Assembly: GCA_964016885.1 (NCBI GenBank)
Contig: OZ024750.1
Span: 40,734,001 to 40,798,000, forward strand
Direction: 5' to 3'
DNA: 64,000 nt
DNA from: Eledone cirrhosa
Lineage: Eukaryota
The notes beneath the pieces were generated by a model, which worked only from the letters and a program-made list of their open reading frames with translations, did no database searches and was not told where the DNA came from. The position numbers and the translations under genes were made by a program. Below are positions 21,732 through 32,951 of the stretch, piece by piece (the stretch's first letter is position 1; the number at the start of each line of letters is the position of its first letter).

Positions 21732-23200
21732 TATCTCTCTGTAACCTTGTCATACAGGTGCACTTCTCTGTAATCTCGTCACACTAGTGCATCTCTCTGT
21801 AACCTCGTCATACAGGTGCACCTCTCTGTAATCTCGTCACACTAGTGCATCTCTCTGTAACCTTGTCATACAGGTGCACCTCTCTGTAACCTCGTCACAC
21901 TAGTGCACCTCTCTGTAACCTCGTCACACTAGTGCACCTCTCTGTAACCTCGTCACACTAGTGCACCTCTCTGTAACCTCGTCACACTAGTGCACCTCTC
22001 TGTAATCTCGTCACACTAGTGCACCTCTCTGTAATCTCGTCACACTAGTGCACCTCTCTGTAACCTCGTCACACTAGTGCATCTCTCTGTAACCTCGTCA
22101 CACTAGTGCACCTCTCTGTAACCTCGTCACACTAGTGCATCTCTCTGTAATCTCGTCACACTAGTGCACCTCTCTGTAATCTCGTCACACTAGTGCACCT
22201 CTCTGTAACCTCGTCACACTAGTGCACCTCTCTGTAACCTCGTCACACTAGTGCACCTCTCTGTAACCTCGTCACACTAGTGCACCTCTCTGTAACCTCG
22301 TCACACTAGTGCACCTCTCTGTAACCTCGTCACACTAGTGCACCTCTCTGTAACCTCGTCACACTAGTGCACCTCTCTGTAACCTCGTCACACTAGTGCA
22401 CCTCTCTGTAACCTCGTCACACTAGTGCACCTCTCTGTAACCTCGTCACACTAGTGCACCTCTCTGTAACCTCGTCACACTAGTGCACCTCTCTGTAACC
22501 TCGTCACACTAGTGCACCTCTCTGTAACCTCGTCACACTAGTGCACCTCTCTGTAACCTTGTCACACTAATGCATCTCTCTGTAATCTCGTCACACTAGT
22601 GCACCTCTCTGTAACCTCGTCATACAGGTGCACCTCTCTGTAACCTCGTCACACTAGTGCATCTCTCTGTAACCTCGTCACACTAGTGCACCTCTCTGTA
22701 ACCTCGTCATACAGGTGCACCTCTCTGTAATCTCGTCACACTAGTGCATCTCTCTGTAACCTCGTCACACTAGTGCACCTCTCTGTAACCTTGTCACACT
22801 AGTGCACCTCTCTGTAACCTTGTCACACTAGTGCATCTCTCTGTAATCTCGTCACACTAGTGCATCTCTCTGTAACCTCGTCACACTAGTGCACCTCTCT
22901 GTAATCTCGTCACACTAGTGCATCTCTCTGTAACCTTGTCACACTAGTGCATCTCTCTGCAGCCTCTCATGCAGGTGTACCTCTCTAACCTCATCATACA
23001 GGTGCATCTCTCTGTAACCTTGTCACACTAGTGCATCTCTTTGCAGCCTCTCATGCAGGTGTACCTCTCTAACCTCATCATACAGGTGCACTTCTCTGTA
23101 ACCTTGTCACACTAGTGCATCTCTTTGCAGCCTTGTTATGCAGGTGCATCTCTCTGTAACCTCGTCACACAGGTGTATGTCTTTGCAGCCCCTCATGCTA
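21732..23200. repeat. 29-bp minisatellite (ctctctgtaacctcgtcacactagtgcac)n
   Basis: Direct periodicity; homogeneous centre, degenerate edges. Confidence 0.95.
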
Positions 23201-24103
23201 CTGCACCTCTCTTCCTCTCCACTTAGAACTGTTTTCATCTTGTTTATAGTTTTACCTGTCATTCCAAGATTAAAGCATATTAAAACCGACATGTTGAATA
23301 AATTAATTTCTGCCACCTCCGCTACCACGGCCACCTCCACCTATTCCTACCATACACTCTAAATTGTTCAACAGCTTTTATTGCCTTCCTACTTCAACAA
23401 GTGACAATGCTTCAAATACTTCACATTAATCACAAGATCTTTCTTTACAGTTCTGCATTTTAGTTTAGTTTTTCCAAAACAAACAACAACAACGACATTA
23501 ACAACAACAACAACTTTAATCAGTTGTTGTTGTTGTTGTTCTCCTTGCAAGTACACTGTTGACTTACTCTTCAAGGGTACTTGATTTTTATAAACAGTCT
23601 GTTCATCTGTATCTATTATAATACCTACCTACAACAGCTGTGGACTTCTTTCTTTCTTTCTTTCTTTCTTTTTCTTTCTTTTCTTTTTTTTTTATAGGTA
23701 TTTGTGTAATTTTCATATTGAAACTTAGTTAATTGCACCTCTCCTCAAATCTATGCAATATTATATGGCTTTTTGGTTTCACATTTACAAACTGTTCGCT
23801 GAAATATCTATTGTGTTTCTTCTTTTATCATTACTACTATTATTATTATTAATATTATTATTATTACTTTTCTCATTACTATTATTATTATTATTATTGT
23901 TGTGGTGTTGTTGTTGTTGTTGTTGTTATTACTGTTGTTATTGTCTCTGTATTGTTACTCAACTTTTAAATGCCTGTTATTGGAAAGAGATGTTTCTCTG
24001 TGAAAGACATTTGACAAAAATCAATATTGGTGTTTTGGTCAATGTCTTCTCTTTGCTTCTTTTTGTTCTTTTTTCCTTCTGTTTTCTTTCTTATTTTTCT
24101 CTA

Positions 24104-24134
<31 letters not shown>

Positions 24135-24191
24135 TTTCTTTTTCTTTTTCTTTTTCTTTTTCTTTTTTGCACTCTGTTATTTTGCAATGTC

Positions 24192-24249
<58 letters not shown>

Positions 24250-24682
24250 TAACATATAATTTCATTGTTTTCTTTATTTATGTACATACGTACACTTCAT
24301 TGTTTATCTAATGAGCAGAGTCAGTGCTGATGGCATTCTAAGGTTCTGCTAGACTGTGGAACTATATTAGTTGAGAGTAAGATAGTAGAGTGGGTGTTTC
24401 ATTTGAACTATTGCAGGTTACTAATTACAGGTGGTTGGGGGTGGTGGAAGGAAGAGGTTGGTGGTGGTGGAAGGAAGAGGTTGGTGGTAGAAGGATGCTG
24501 TTCTGTGATGTTAGGAACTTGCAGAGGTGGGTAGAGGAAAGATGTAGTTCAGTATATGCTCTCCCCTAAAATAGCAGAGTTCTGGGGCTATTTAAAGATG
24601 GCCATGTTGAGGAGAGAGAGGGGGGAGGGTCTTTATTTACAGTGGCGAAAGGTGTGCCCGGCCATGATGAGCTCTTTTGCTA

Positions 24683-24726
<44 letters not shown>

Positions 24727-24730
<4 letters not shown>

Positions 24731-24942
24731 TAATTAGAAAGTGAACAACACAAGAAATAACTACTCCATTACAAAAGGTTTCTGAATCGTCAGACAAAGA
24801 TGTTATAGATAAAAAATATATCTTTTATCTATAACATCTTTGCCTGACGACCGATCCATATGTATATTATTATTGTCTGGGATCCAGAAACCTTTGGTAA
24901 TGGAGTAGCTATATCTTGTGTTATTCACTTTCTAATTAAATA
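24727..24942. other. Inverted duplication (fold-back) of a segment carrying hammerhead-like CTGACGA...GAAAC motifs; Penelope-like terminal remnant
   Basis: 24727-24788 pairs with 24881-24942; inner hairpin 24787-24850. Confidence 0.6.
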
Positions 24943-25000
24943 GCTCTGTTCTATACATAGAGCACTCTTTTTTCCTTTGCTTTTTCTTCAGAATTACGTA

Positions 25001-25033
<33 letters not shown>

Positions 25034-25089
25034 ATATGAGAGACGTAAAATAAGAAAATTATAAAATTAACTTACTTACTAAAATTTCA

Positions 25090-25169
25090 CTCCCAACTAA
25101 TTAGTTTCTGAAATGGAATAAATATACTTTCCGAAGAAAATATAGAGAATCATTTCGTCGTCAGGGAAG
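25090..25169 (-). ncRNA. Putative minimal type I hammerhead ribozyme motif (Penelope-like)
   Basis: Reverse complement: cttcc-CTGACGA-c-gaaatg...catttc-a-GAAAC-taatta-GTT-gggag; stems I and II pair, stem III is the palindrome actaattagt. Confidence 0.5.
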
Positions 25170-25253
25170 ACTATTCTCAGCTAAGTATCCAGGCAAAGCG
25201 TGGACTCTGGAAACTTATTCAAAAATAATTCAGTGGATAGAAAATAGCAAAGC

Positions 25254-25337
<84 letters not shown>

Positions 25338-25619
25338 TCTCTCCTTAAACTATTTAATTTTTTGTTTTTATTAAAATTAATGTAGTTGAAACTGTGCCCC
25401 CAAAATATAAGTATGGATTCTATTTTATTTTTGGAAAATTATAAAAGTGTTCTACAACAAAATGAATTTAGGAATGACTATTCTAGAGTGTGACTGAAAG
25501 TGGGGAACCATACCAAATATACCAACAGTTTGTGTTTGCTTTACATGTTGGCATGGGCTGGAGATGTCACGGTCTGAGACAGGTCAGTGAATCACATCTT
25601 TCTCATAAATTCCATATTT

Positions 25620-26090
25620 TCGTTTCTATGGCTGGATACCCTTCCTAACACCAACCAATTTACAGTCTTACTGGGAACATTTTATCATAGCACCAGCACT
25701 ACCACTTTACAGAGTGTACTGGGTGTATTTTATCATGACACCAACACTACCATTTTACAGAATGTACTGGGTACATTTTATCATAGTACCAGCACTACCA
25801 TTTTACAGAGTGTACTGGGTACATTTTATCATAGTAACAGCACTATCACTTGACAGGGTGTACTGGGTACATTTTATCATAGCACCAGCACTACCACTTT
25901 AGAGTGTACTGGGTGCATTTTATCGTAGTACCAGCACTACCACTTGACAGGGTGTACTGGATACATTTTATCATGGCACCAACACTACCACCTTACAGAG
26001 TGTACTGGGAGTATTTTATCATGACACCAGCACTACCATTTTACAGAGTGTACTGGGTGTATTTTATCATGGCTCCATTTTACAGTGTAC
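25620..26090 (-). repeat. 48-bp minisatellite grown from the body of a SINE remnant
   Basis: gtactggg every 48 bp, directly following gctggatacccttcctaacaccaacc. Confidence 0.8.
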
Positions 26091-26259
26091 CTTGTCAATG
26101 ACTAGCAACAGTAGATGTTTCATAGAATGTATTATAATCATTTCAATTCATAACACACACACACAAACGACCCTGACCTCTGGCGTCATGCAGTAATACA
26201 GAGTACCCGACCTCCCATGGGTACATGCTGAAGCATATAGACAATATGCCCCACACCCT

Positions 26260-26531
26260 CCCACTGCAAAGTGGTCGTGGAGGTGCCACGGCAAAAAAGC
26301 ACCCAGTCCACACTGTAAAGTGGACGTGTAGGCGCCACGGAAAAAATCACCCAGCACTCACTGTAAATGAGGTTGGTGTTAGGAAGGGCATCCAGCTGTA
26401 GAAATCAAGCCAGAATCAGTTCCTGTATGAGCAAGGCATGGTCAGCTGACCAGGCACTGCCCACAACAGGACAACCCGTCTAACCCATGCTAGCGTGGAA
26501 GAACGGACGTAAAACGGTGATGATGATGATG
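26260..26531 (+). mobile_element. 5'-truncated SINE family 1 with (GAT)n tail
   Basis: ccactgcaaagtggtcgtggaggtgcc...ggtgttaggaagggcatccagctgtagaaa...ccatgctagcgtgg...gatgatg. Confidence 0.8.
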
Positions 26532-27770
26532 AATACTACACTCATGGAAACATGTTGATTGTATCTGTGTATGTGTGTGTGTGTGTCTGTGTGTGTATCT
26601 GTGTATCTGTGTATCTGTGTATCTGTGTATCTCTGTGTATCTGTGTATGTATATCTGTGTATCTGTGTATCTGTGTGTCTGTATCTGTGTGTCTGTATCT
26701 GTGTGTATCTCTGTGTGTGTATCTGTGTGTCTGTGTGTGTGTATATGTGTGTGTGTGTGCATATCTGTGTATGTGTGTGTGTGTGTGTGTGTGTATCTGT
26801 GTGTGTGTGTATCTGTATGTATGTGTGTGTGTGTGTGTGTCTGTGTGTGTATCTGTGTGTGTGTGTGCGTATCTCTGTGTGTGTGTGGTTAATGAATGTA
26901 ATCAACAGAAAACACTTTTTAAGTAACAAAAATAAAATAAAAAAAAACGACAAAAAATGTGTTGAAGGAGATAATTCTAAACACTAATGGTATTCCACCA
27001 ATTTCAAGATGGTCAGTTCAGCCATTAAAACTCCAAGTCCTCGTAAATGTTCTCCAAGATTAAAACAACTTATAAAAATCATGAAAACCAGGGCAGGGTG
27101 GGGTGGGGGGTGGGGGAGAAAAAAATGAATATAAAAAGAATAATATTGTTTTAAGGAAGCAAAACAGTTTGAGAGAGAGTTTTCATTGTTTCTTAAAAGC
27201 AGAGGATTTTCTATTCTTCTATAATCCTATATATTATGTTCTATATATATATATATATATGCCATTTTTTATTTATATATATATATATATACCTGTGTGT
27301 CTGGTGTATGTGTATAGTTATTTAACCCGAGATGAGTGTTCCTAAAACAACTCTACTTGATAAAAAAAATTTCTTCATCCAACTATATATGTATGTTTAT
27401 ATATGTATATATATATACATACAAATGTACATATATATATACATATGTTTTTGTATATATATACATATATATATATATGTATAATATGTATATGTATACT
27501 ATATATATATGTGTAATATATATATATTATATATGGAATAATGTTTCTTTATTGGCTAAGAAAATTAATACTGTTTAATACTTTAGTATTAACATCTGTT
27601 AAATGTTTATGATTTAGTTTAACATAGATAGATATGAAATTACTAACACTTGATTTCTTTATTGTTGATTCCAAATATATAAATACAAGTTAACATTATT
27701 ATTAAGTAGGAACTAACATACTTGATACATGGGTTTATTTTAACCTGTATTGAAGTAGGAACTAGTAATT

Positions 27771-27997
27771 CTAACCTTTTACCATTCACATTACTCGATA
27801 TTTACTGTTGTAATTTTGTGGTAAAGGCTTTATCTCGCATAATATCTCACATAAGATCAAATCTATGAGATTTTGATAGTATTTATTTTGAGAACAATAC
27901 CTTAGCATCAGTATGAGTGACCTGTCAGGGCCGGTTTGAACAAAAGAGGTGAGAGAATTCTGGTCAGATACGGCCAGTTTAAATGCTAAAGGGTTAA
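27771..27997 (+). mobile_element. ~225-bp piggyBac-like MITE (family A), simple copy
   Basis: Ends (t)taaccYtttaccatt... / ...aaatgctaaagggttaa; contains one copy of the 72-bp unit sequence. Confidence 0.85.
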
Positions 27998-28017
27998 ATC
28001 CTAGTTTGCAGAATTCT

Positions 28018-28212
28018 CCAGAATTCTCTCACCTCTTTCTGTTCAAACTGGCCGTGACTGGCCATTCATACTGATGTTAAGGTACTGTTCTCAAAATAAA
28101 TGATATCAAAATCTCATAGCTTCAATATTATGTGAGATGATTATGTGAGATAAAGCCTTTACTATGAAAATACAATAGTAAATATAAAGTAATGCAAATG
28201 CTAAAGGGTTAA
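28018..28212 (-). mobile_element. MITE family A, partial, inverted relative to its neighbour
   Basis: ccagaattctctcacc...gtaatgcaaatgctaaagggttaa. Confidence 0.85.
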
Positions 28213-28454
28213 TTTAAATATTTTTGCATAATAAAATATATTAGAAGATTTAAGGTAAATTTAATGTAGAGATAACTGCAGTTTTTAAAGTTATAAGCCT
28301 TGCTGTGAAAATAAGCTAGTCAAATACAAACTAGAATTTAATTAAACTGGTTAGTCTAAGTTGTTTCACAAGAAATGTTTCCTAGGTATGAAAGATGGAA
28401 CAAGAGCCAGCTACACCCTGGTTTTAAACAAAAAGTTTGGTTTGAAATTTTGAT

Positions 28455-28635
28455 AATTGTTTCTACTTTAGGCACAAGGCCAGCAATTATTCCAGTACAT
28501 TACTGGCACTTTATTTTATCGACCTCGTAAGGATGAAAGGCAAAGTTAACCTCGGCGGGATTTGAATTCAGATCATAAAAGGACATAACTATGCTACAAA
28601 GCATGGCGTCTGACCTTCTACCGATACTGCCAAAT
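28455..28635 (-). mobile_element. SINE family 2
   Basis: Matches 20143-20333. Confidence 0.8.
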
Positions 28636-28939
28636 TCAAAATTTTGATAAGGATACCAAATCCAATAGGTACCTGAAGAAGGTCAGTGAGTGCAGCTACC
28701 AAAATATTGTGATTATACCAACCAAGATGAGAGCACTAGACCTATTGAGTGTATAATATAGGTAGACAACTGGGTTCCATTTCAAACAACAATTCATACA
28801 GTAACTCATTATGAATGTAACTTAAAGACCTCATTCGCTTAACGAGTGGGGTGGAGCTCATCAAATCGGACCGAGGAAACAATGTTTCCATTGGTCTTTC
28901 CAATTGCTAATACTATCTACTGGTCGCAAATCCAGGCAG

Positions 28940-29045
28940 AAGGAGCAACTTGAAATAAAGGACATAACGCATCGCCCGGTCCGGGAATCGAACTCACAAC
29001 CTCACGATTGCGAATCCAGTTCTCTAACCACTCAGCCATGTGCGC
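28940..29045 (-). mobile_element. tRNA-derived SINE head
   Basis: Reverse complement gcacatggctgagtggttagag...gagttcgattccc (A/B boxes); similar copies at 36770-36878 (-) and 46587-46650 (+). Confidence 0.7.
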
Positions 29046-29122
29046 GATGTTTGACCAGCATTATCTATATACGATATATACTGTCATAGATAACTAATAC
29101 ATTATTTTATATGTCCTATACA

Positions 29123-29464
29123 GGAGGCACATGGCTTAGTGGTTAGAGCATTGGCCTTGCAATCGAAAGGTTGTGAGTTCAATTCTCAGACTGGCTGATG
29201 TGTTGCTTCCTTGAGCAAGACACTTTATTTCACATTGCTCCAGTTTACTCAGCTGTAGAAATGAGATGATAGGGACTGGGGTCCCTATCATTCCACTGCA
29301 AAGTGGTCGTGGAGGTGCCACGGCAAAAAACCACCCAGTACTCACTGTAAATGAGGTTGGTGTTAGGAAGGGCATGCAGCTGTAGAAATCAAGCCAGAAT
29401 CAGTTTCCGTCCCACCCTTGCAAGCAGGGAAAAGTGGACGTAAAATGATGATGATGATGATGAT
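29123..29464 (+). mobile_element. Full-length tRNA-derived SINE family 1 (~340 bp) with RTE-type tail
   Basis: A-box tggcttagtgg, B-box gagttcaattc, tail cccacccttgcaagcagggaaaagtggacgt(gat)n; near-identical copy at 51144-51483. Confidence 0.9.
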
Positions 29465-30203
29465 ACAGTTTTATTATATGTATTTATTTAGGCATGGTTT
29501 TTGTATTTTTCTGTATGTTTGGTCATAGAAATATTTGAATTTAACTACTCAAGTATAATGGATGCTATATATGTGTGTGTCCACAGAAATAGACATGGCT
29601 GTAACTGTGGTTATAATTTGTATAGGTTGTATCCCAAGGAGTGCCTGTAATGATATTTATTCAGCTTAGAAATTCACACCAAAATTAATGTATTGGTGAA
29701 TGATTGGTCTCTTATTTAATAAAATTTTACCAACTCTTTTATGGTTAGATCAGGTTTATGAATTGCTGTATTGACTAGCCATAAAGCAACAAAATGGAAA
29801 CTAAAAAAAATGTAACCGAGAGCTTGTTATATACCACTTTTACATTAACTGGCTACGCAGCTTGTACAATACATAATTACCTTTTCCTTCTATTGGTGTT
29901 GAATTGTGAAGTAATTTTTGTAAATTTAAGTTGTTTTATTACTTCCACCATGATAACTGTTACCATCTCCGATCTCTTGTTGAAATATTCTAGATACAAA
30001 CACAGCCATTACTAGTTTCTAGAATTTAATGTATTGAAGAAGCTCTAAGTAAAATCATACTCCTTTTATTGAAATGTTTATTATATCTCCAACATAGCAT
30101 ATTGTGTCTCATACAATGAATAAATAATGTACTATACAGATAATGTGTTATTAGGAAATAATATTTTAGTGTAGATCTATATAAAGTCCATCTTGAGCAT
30201 AGA

Positions 30204-30672
30204 GGCTCATTAGGGTTTTGGTTGTCCTGGTCTTATGGGGCTCATTAGGGTTTCAGCTGTCCTTGTCTTATGAGATTCATTAGGGTTTCAGCTGTCCTCA
30301 TCTTATGACGCTCATTAGGGTTTTGGTTGTCCAGGTCTTATGATGCTCATTAGGGTTTCAGCTGTTCTTGTCTTATGACGCTCATTAGGGTTTTGGTTGT
30401 CCTGGTCTTATGAGACTCATTAGGGTTTCAGCTGTCCCCGTCTTATGAGATTCATTAGGGTTTCAGCTGTCCTCATCTTATGACGCTCATTAGGGTTTTG
30501 GTTGCCCTGGTCTTATGAGGCTCATTAGGGTTTCAGCTGTCCTCATCTTATGAGGTTCATTAGGGTTTTGGTTGTCCTGGTCTTATTCATTAGGTCTTCA
30601 GTTGTCCTCATCTTGTGAGACTCAAAAGGGTTATGAGACTCACCAGGGTTTGGGCTATCCTGGTTTTATGAG
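30204..30672. repeat. 35-bp minisatellite with TTAGGG in most units
   Basis: cattaggg at 30208, 30243, 30278, ... Confidence 0.9.
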
Positions 30673-30959
30673 ACATTGACTGAGAGCAGAAGACTGCTGC
30701 CTGATTATATTTCAACACATTTTGATGTCATTTTTTTCTTTAATGCCTAAAGAAGTTTACATCTAATTGAAACAATTTATTGATGAAATCTTCCACAGTC
30801 TATCATGTCTTACTATCATTATCACTATTTTACATCTATTTTCCATGTTTACGTGGGTTAGACAGGTTGTCACGTTCTGAGGCCAGAGAGGTCACATGAT
30901 TGTGTCACAATCATATGTCCCATTCTGACATGGTTTATATTACTCATCATCATCATCTT

Positions 30960-31685
30960 CATGTAACTGGTGTAGCCAGTCTTTGGGATGCTGGCAGATG
31001 TTCTGGCAGTCAACAACCACCACTGGTCTTTTTCCTCCTTCACACACAGAAGGGTCGCAGTGTTGAGACCTGTCCAACCTCTGATGTTGTCAGACCAGCT
31101 CTGATAGTCAACAACCACCACTGATCTCTGTCCTCCATCATACAAAGAAGGGTCGCAGTGTTGAGACCTGTCCAACCTCTGATGTTGTCAGACCAGCTCT
31201 GATAGTCAACAACCACCACTGATCTCTGTCCTCCATCATACAAAGAAAGGAGACCGTGTTGAGACCTGTTCACTCTCTAATGTTTTCAGACTAGGATTTT
31301 CTTGTCTGCCTCATCTTTACCCTCCATCAGTAGAACCCTGGAGAACAGTTTTGGACAAGGAATTGTCATAGGATACATGTCTGTATCAGACAAGCTTTCA
31401 TCTTTTCCCTATTGTAAGAAGTGGTTCCAGTCTGCCAGCATATTTGGTGACTGTCTTGCGCTTTCTGTCTGAGATGTGTAACAGCCTTCTGAAACATTTG
31501 TGCACAAACACCTGTATTCTTTGTTCAATGTCGGCTGTAAGCGTTTAACTCTCAACTCTTACACTCACACAGAAGGTTTGAAGTCACAAAGGATTTGTAC
31601 AGTTTGAGCTTTGTAGGAAAACTGATGGAATTATTTTTCTATATGATGTTCAGCTGTGTCTTGGCAGAAGATCTGCCAAGTCTTG
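30960..31685 (-). pseudogene. Degenerate RTE-clade LINE 3' fragment with an internal 98-bp triplication
   Basis: Reverse translation shows SFPTKLKLYKS, LTADIEQRIQVF..KCFRRL, SLSKTVLQG, SWSDNIRGWTGL; repeats at 31010, 31108, 31206. Confidence 0.7.
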
Positions 31686-32203
31686 TTTTTATCATACTTA
31701 CTACCACCAACCTAACATTTTTTTTTCATGTTCATAATATTAGTTTGGCAGAGATATAATAGTAACATATTGGCATAGATGATCTCTGTTATGTTCCAGC
31801 GATAATAACACGATATAAGAGAAATTCTTTAGCAACAACTACTTATTGTAGAGATGTATTGTTTTGTGAGAGATGGTTAGTGTTATTATAGTGAAAATAT
31901 CTTCTGAACGGTTGTGTTCCCTACAATGTTTTATATATATCAATAATGGCGACATGTGTGAAATAATTCACTCAAGCCTAACACACTCAGCTTTAGGAAG
32001 AAACAGCAGTTATGTCCAACTAGAGAATAATATTCTCTGGTTGTGGTAATATATAGCAATACTAAATATTCTCTCTCAAAGTTGGATCAGCTTACATCAA
32101 TATATTGATTTTCCTGGCTTTCTTCCAATCAGACGTTTACTGGTGAATTCTCTGCTCTAAACTTGCTTGAAATTACACTTCTCCTTTGTAAAAGAGTTTT
32201 GCA

Positions 32204-32204
<1 letters not shown>

Positions 32205-32247
<43 letters not shown>

Positions 32248-32870
32248 GCAGTAGTAGTAGTAGTAGTAGTATCATCACCATCATCATCATCAACATCAAT
32301 AACAATGCCATCAACATTATCATCAACATTATCATCAATATCATCACCAACACCATCACCACCATCACCTCACCACAACCACCACCACCACCATCACCAC
32401 CACCAACATCTCAGCCATCACCACCATCTCCACCACCACCAACATCATCACCACTACCATCAACACCACCACCATCATCATCATTATCACCACCACCACC
32501 ATCATTGCCACCACCACCACCACCATCACCATCACCACTACCACCACCACTACCATCACCACCACTGCCACCACCATCACTGCCACCACCACCACCACTA
32601 CCATCACCACCACCACTACCATCACCACCACCACTACCACCTCTGCCACCACCACCATTACCATCACCGCCACCATCACCATCACCATCACCACCACCAC
32701 TTCAGTAGTTTCAGGCAAGGTTTTTCACTACACCATCTGATGCACTTCTATGTTTCTAAGATATGTGTAATTATTGTCTTGTTGTTGTTGTGGTTGTTGC
32801 TGCTGTTGTTGTTATTGTCTTGTTGTTGTTGTAATGGGGAAGTGTTTGTGTTGATGTTGTTGTTGTAATG
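32205..32870. repeat. Compound trinucleotide microsatellite (ATT/AGT/CAT/CAC/GTT)
   Basis: Low-complexity runs. Confidence 0.95.
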
Positions 32871-32951
32871 GGTAATGTATGTGTTAGATCTAATTTACAG
32901 TGTAGTTGGAGTTTTGGTTATTCTTTGTTAAGATATTTCTAATGTTGCTTC

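Noticed and set aside
29123-29200. tRNA gene
   Set aside because: A/B boxes are present but the acceptor and anticodon stems are poor, and it continues into a SINE body and tail.
32129-32868. Poly-His/Pro/Val proteins (also 57063-59172)
   Set aside because: Trinucleotide microsatellite translations open in several frames.
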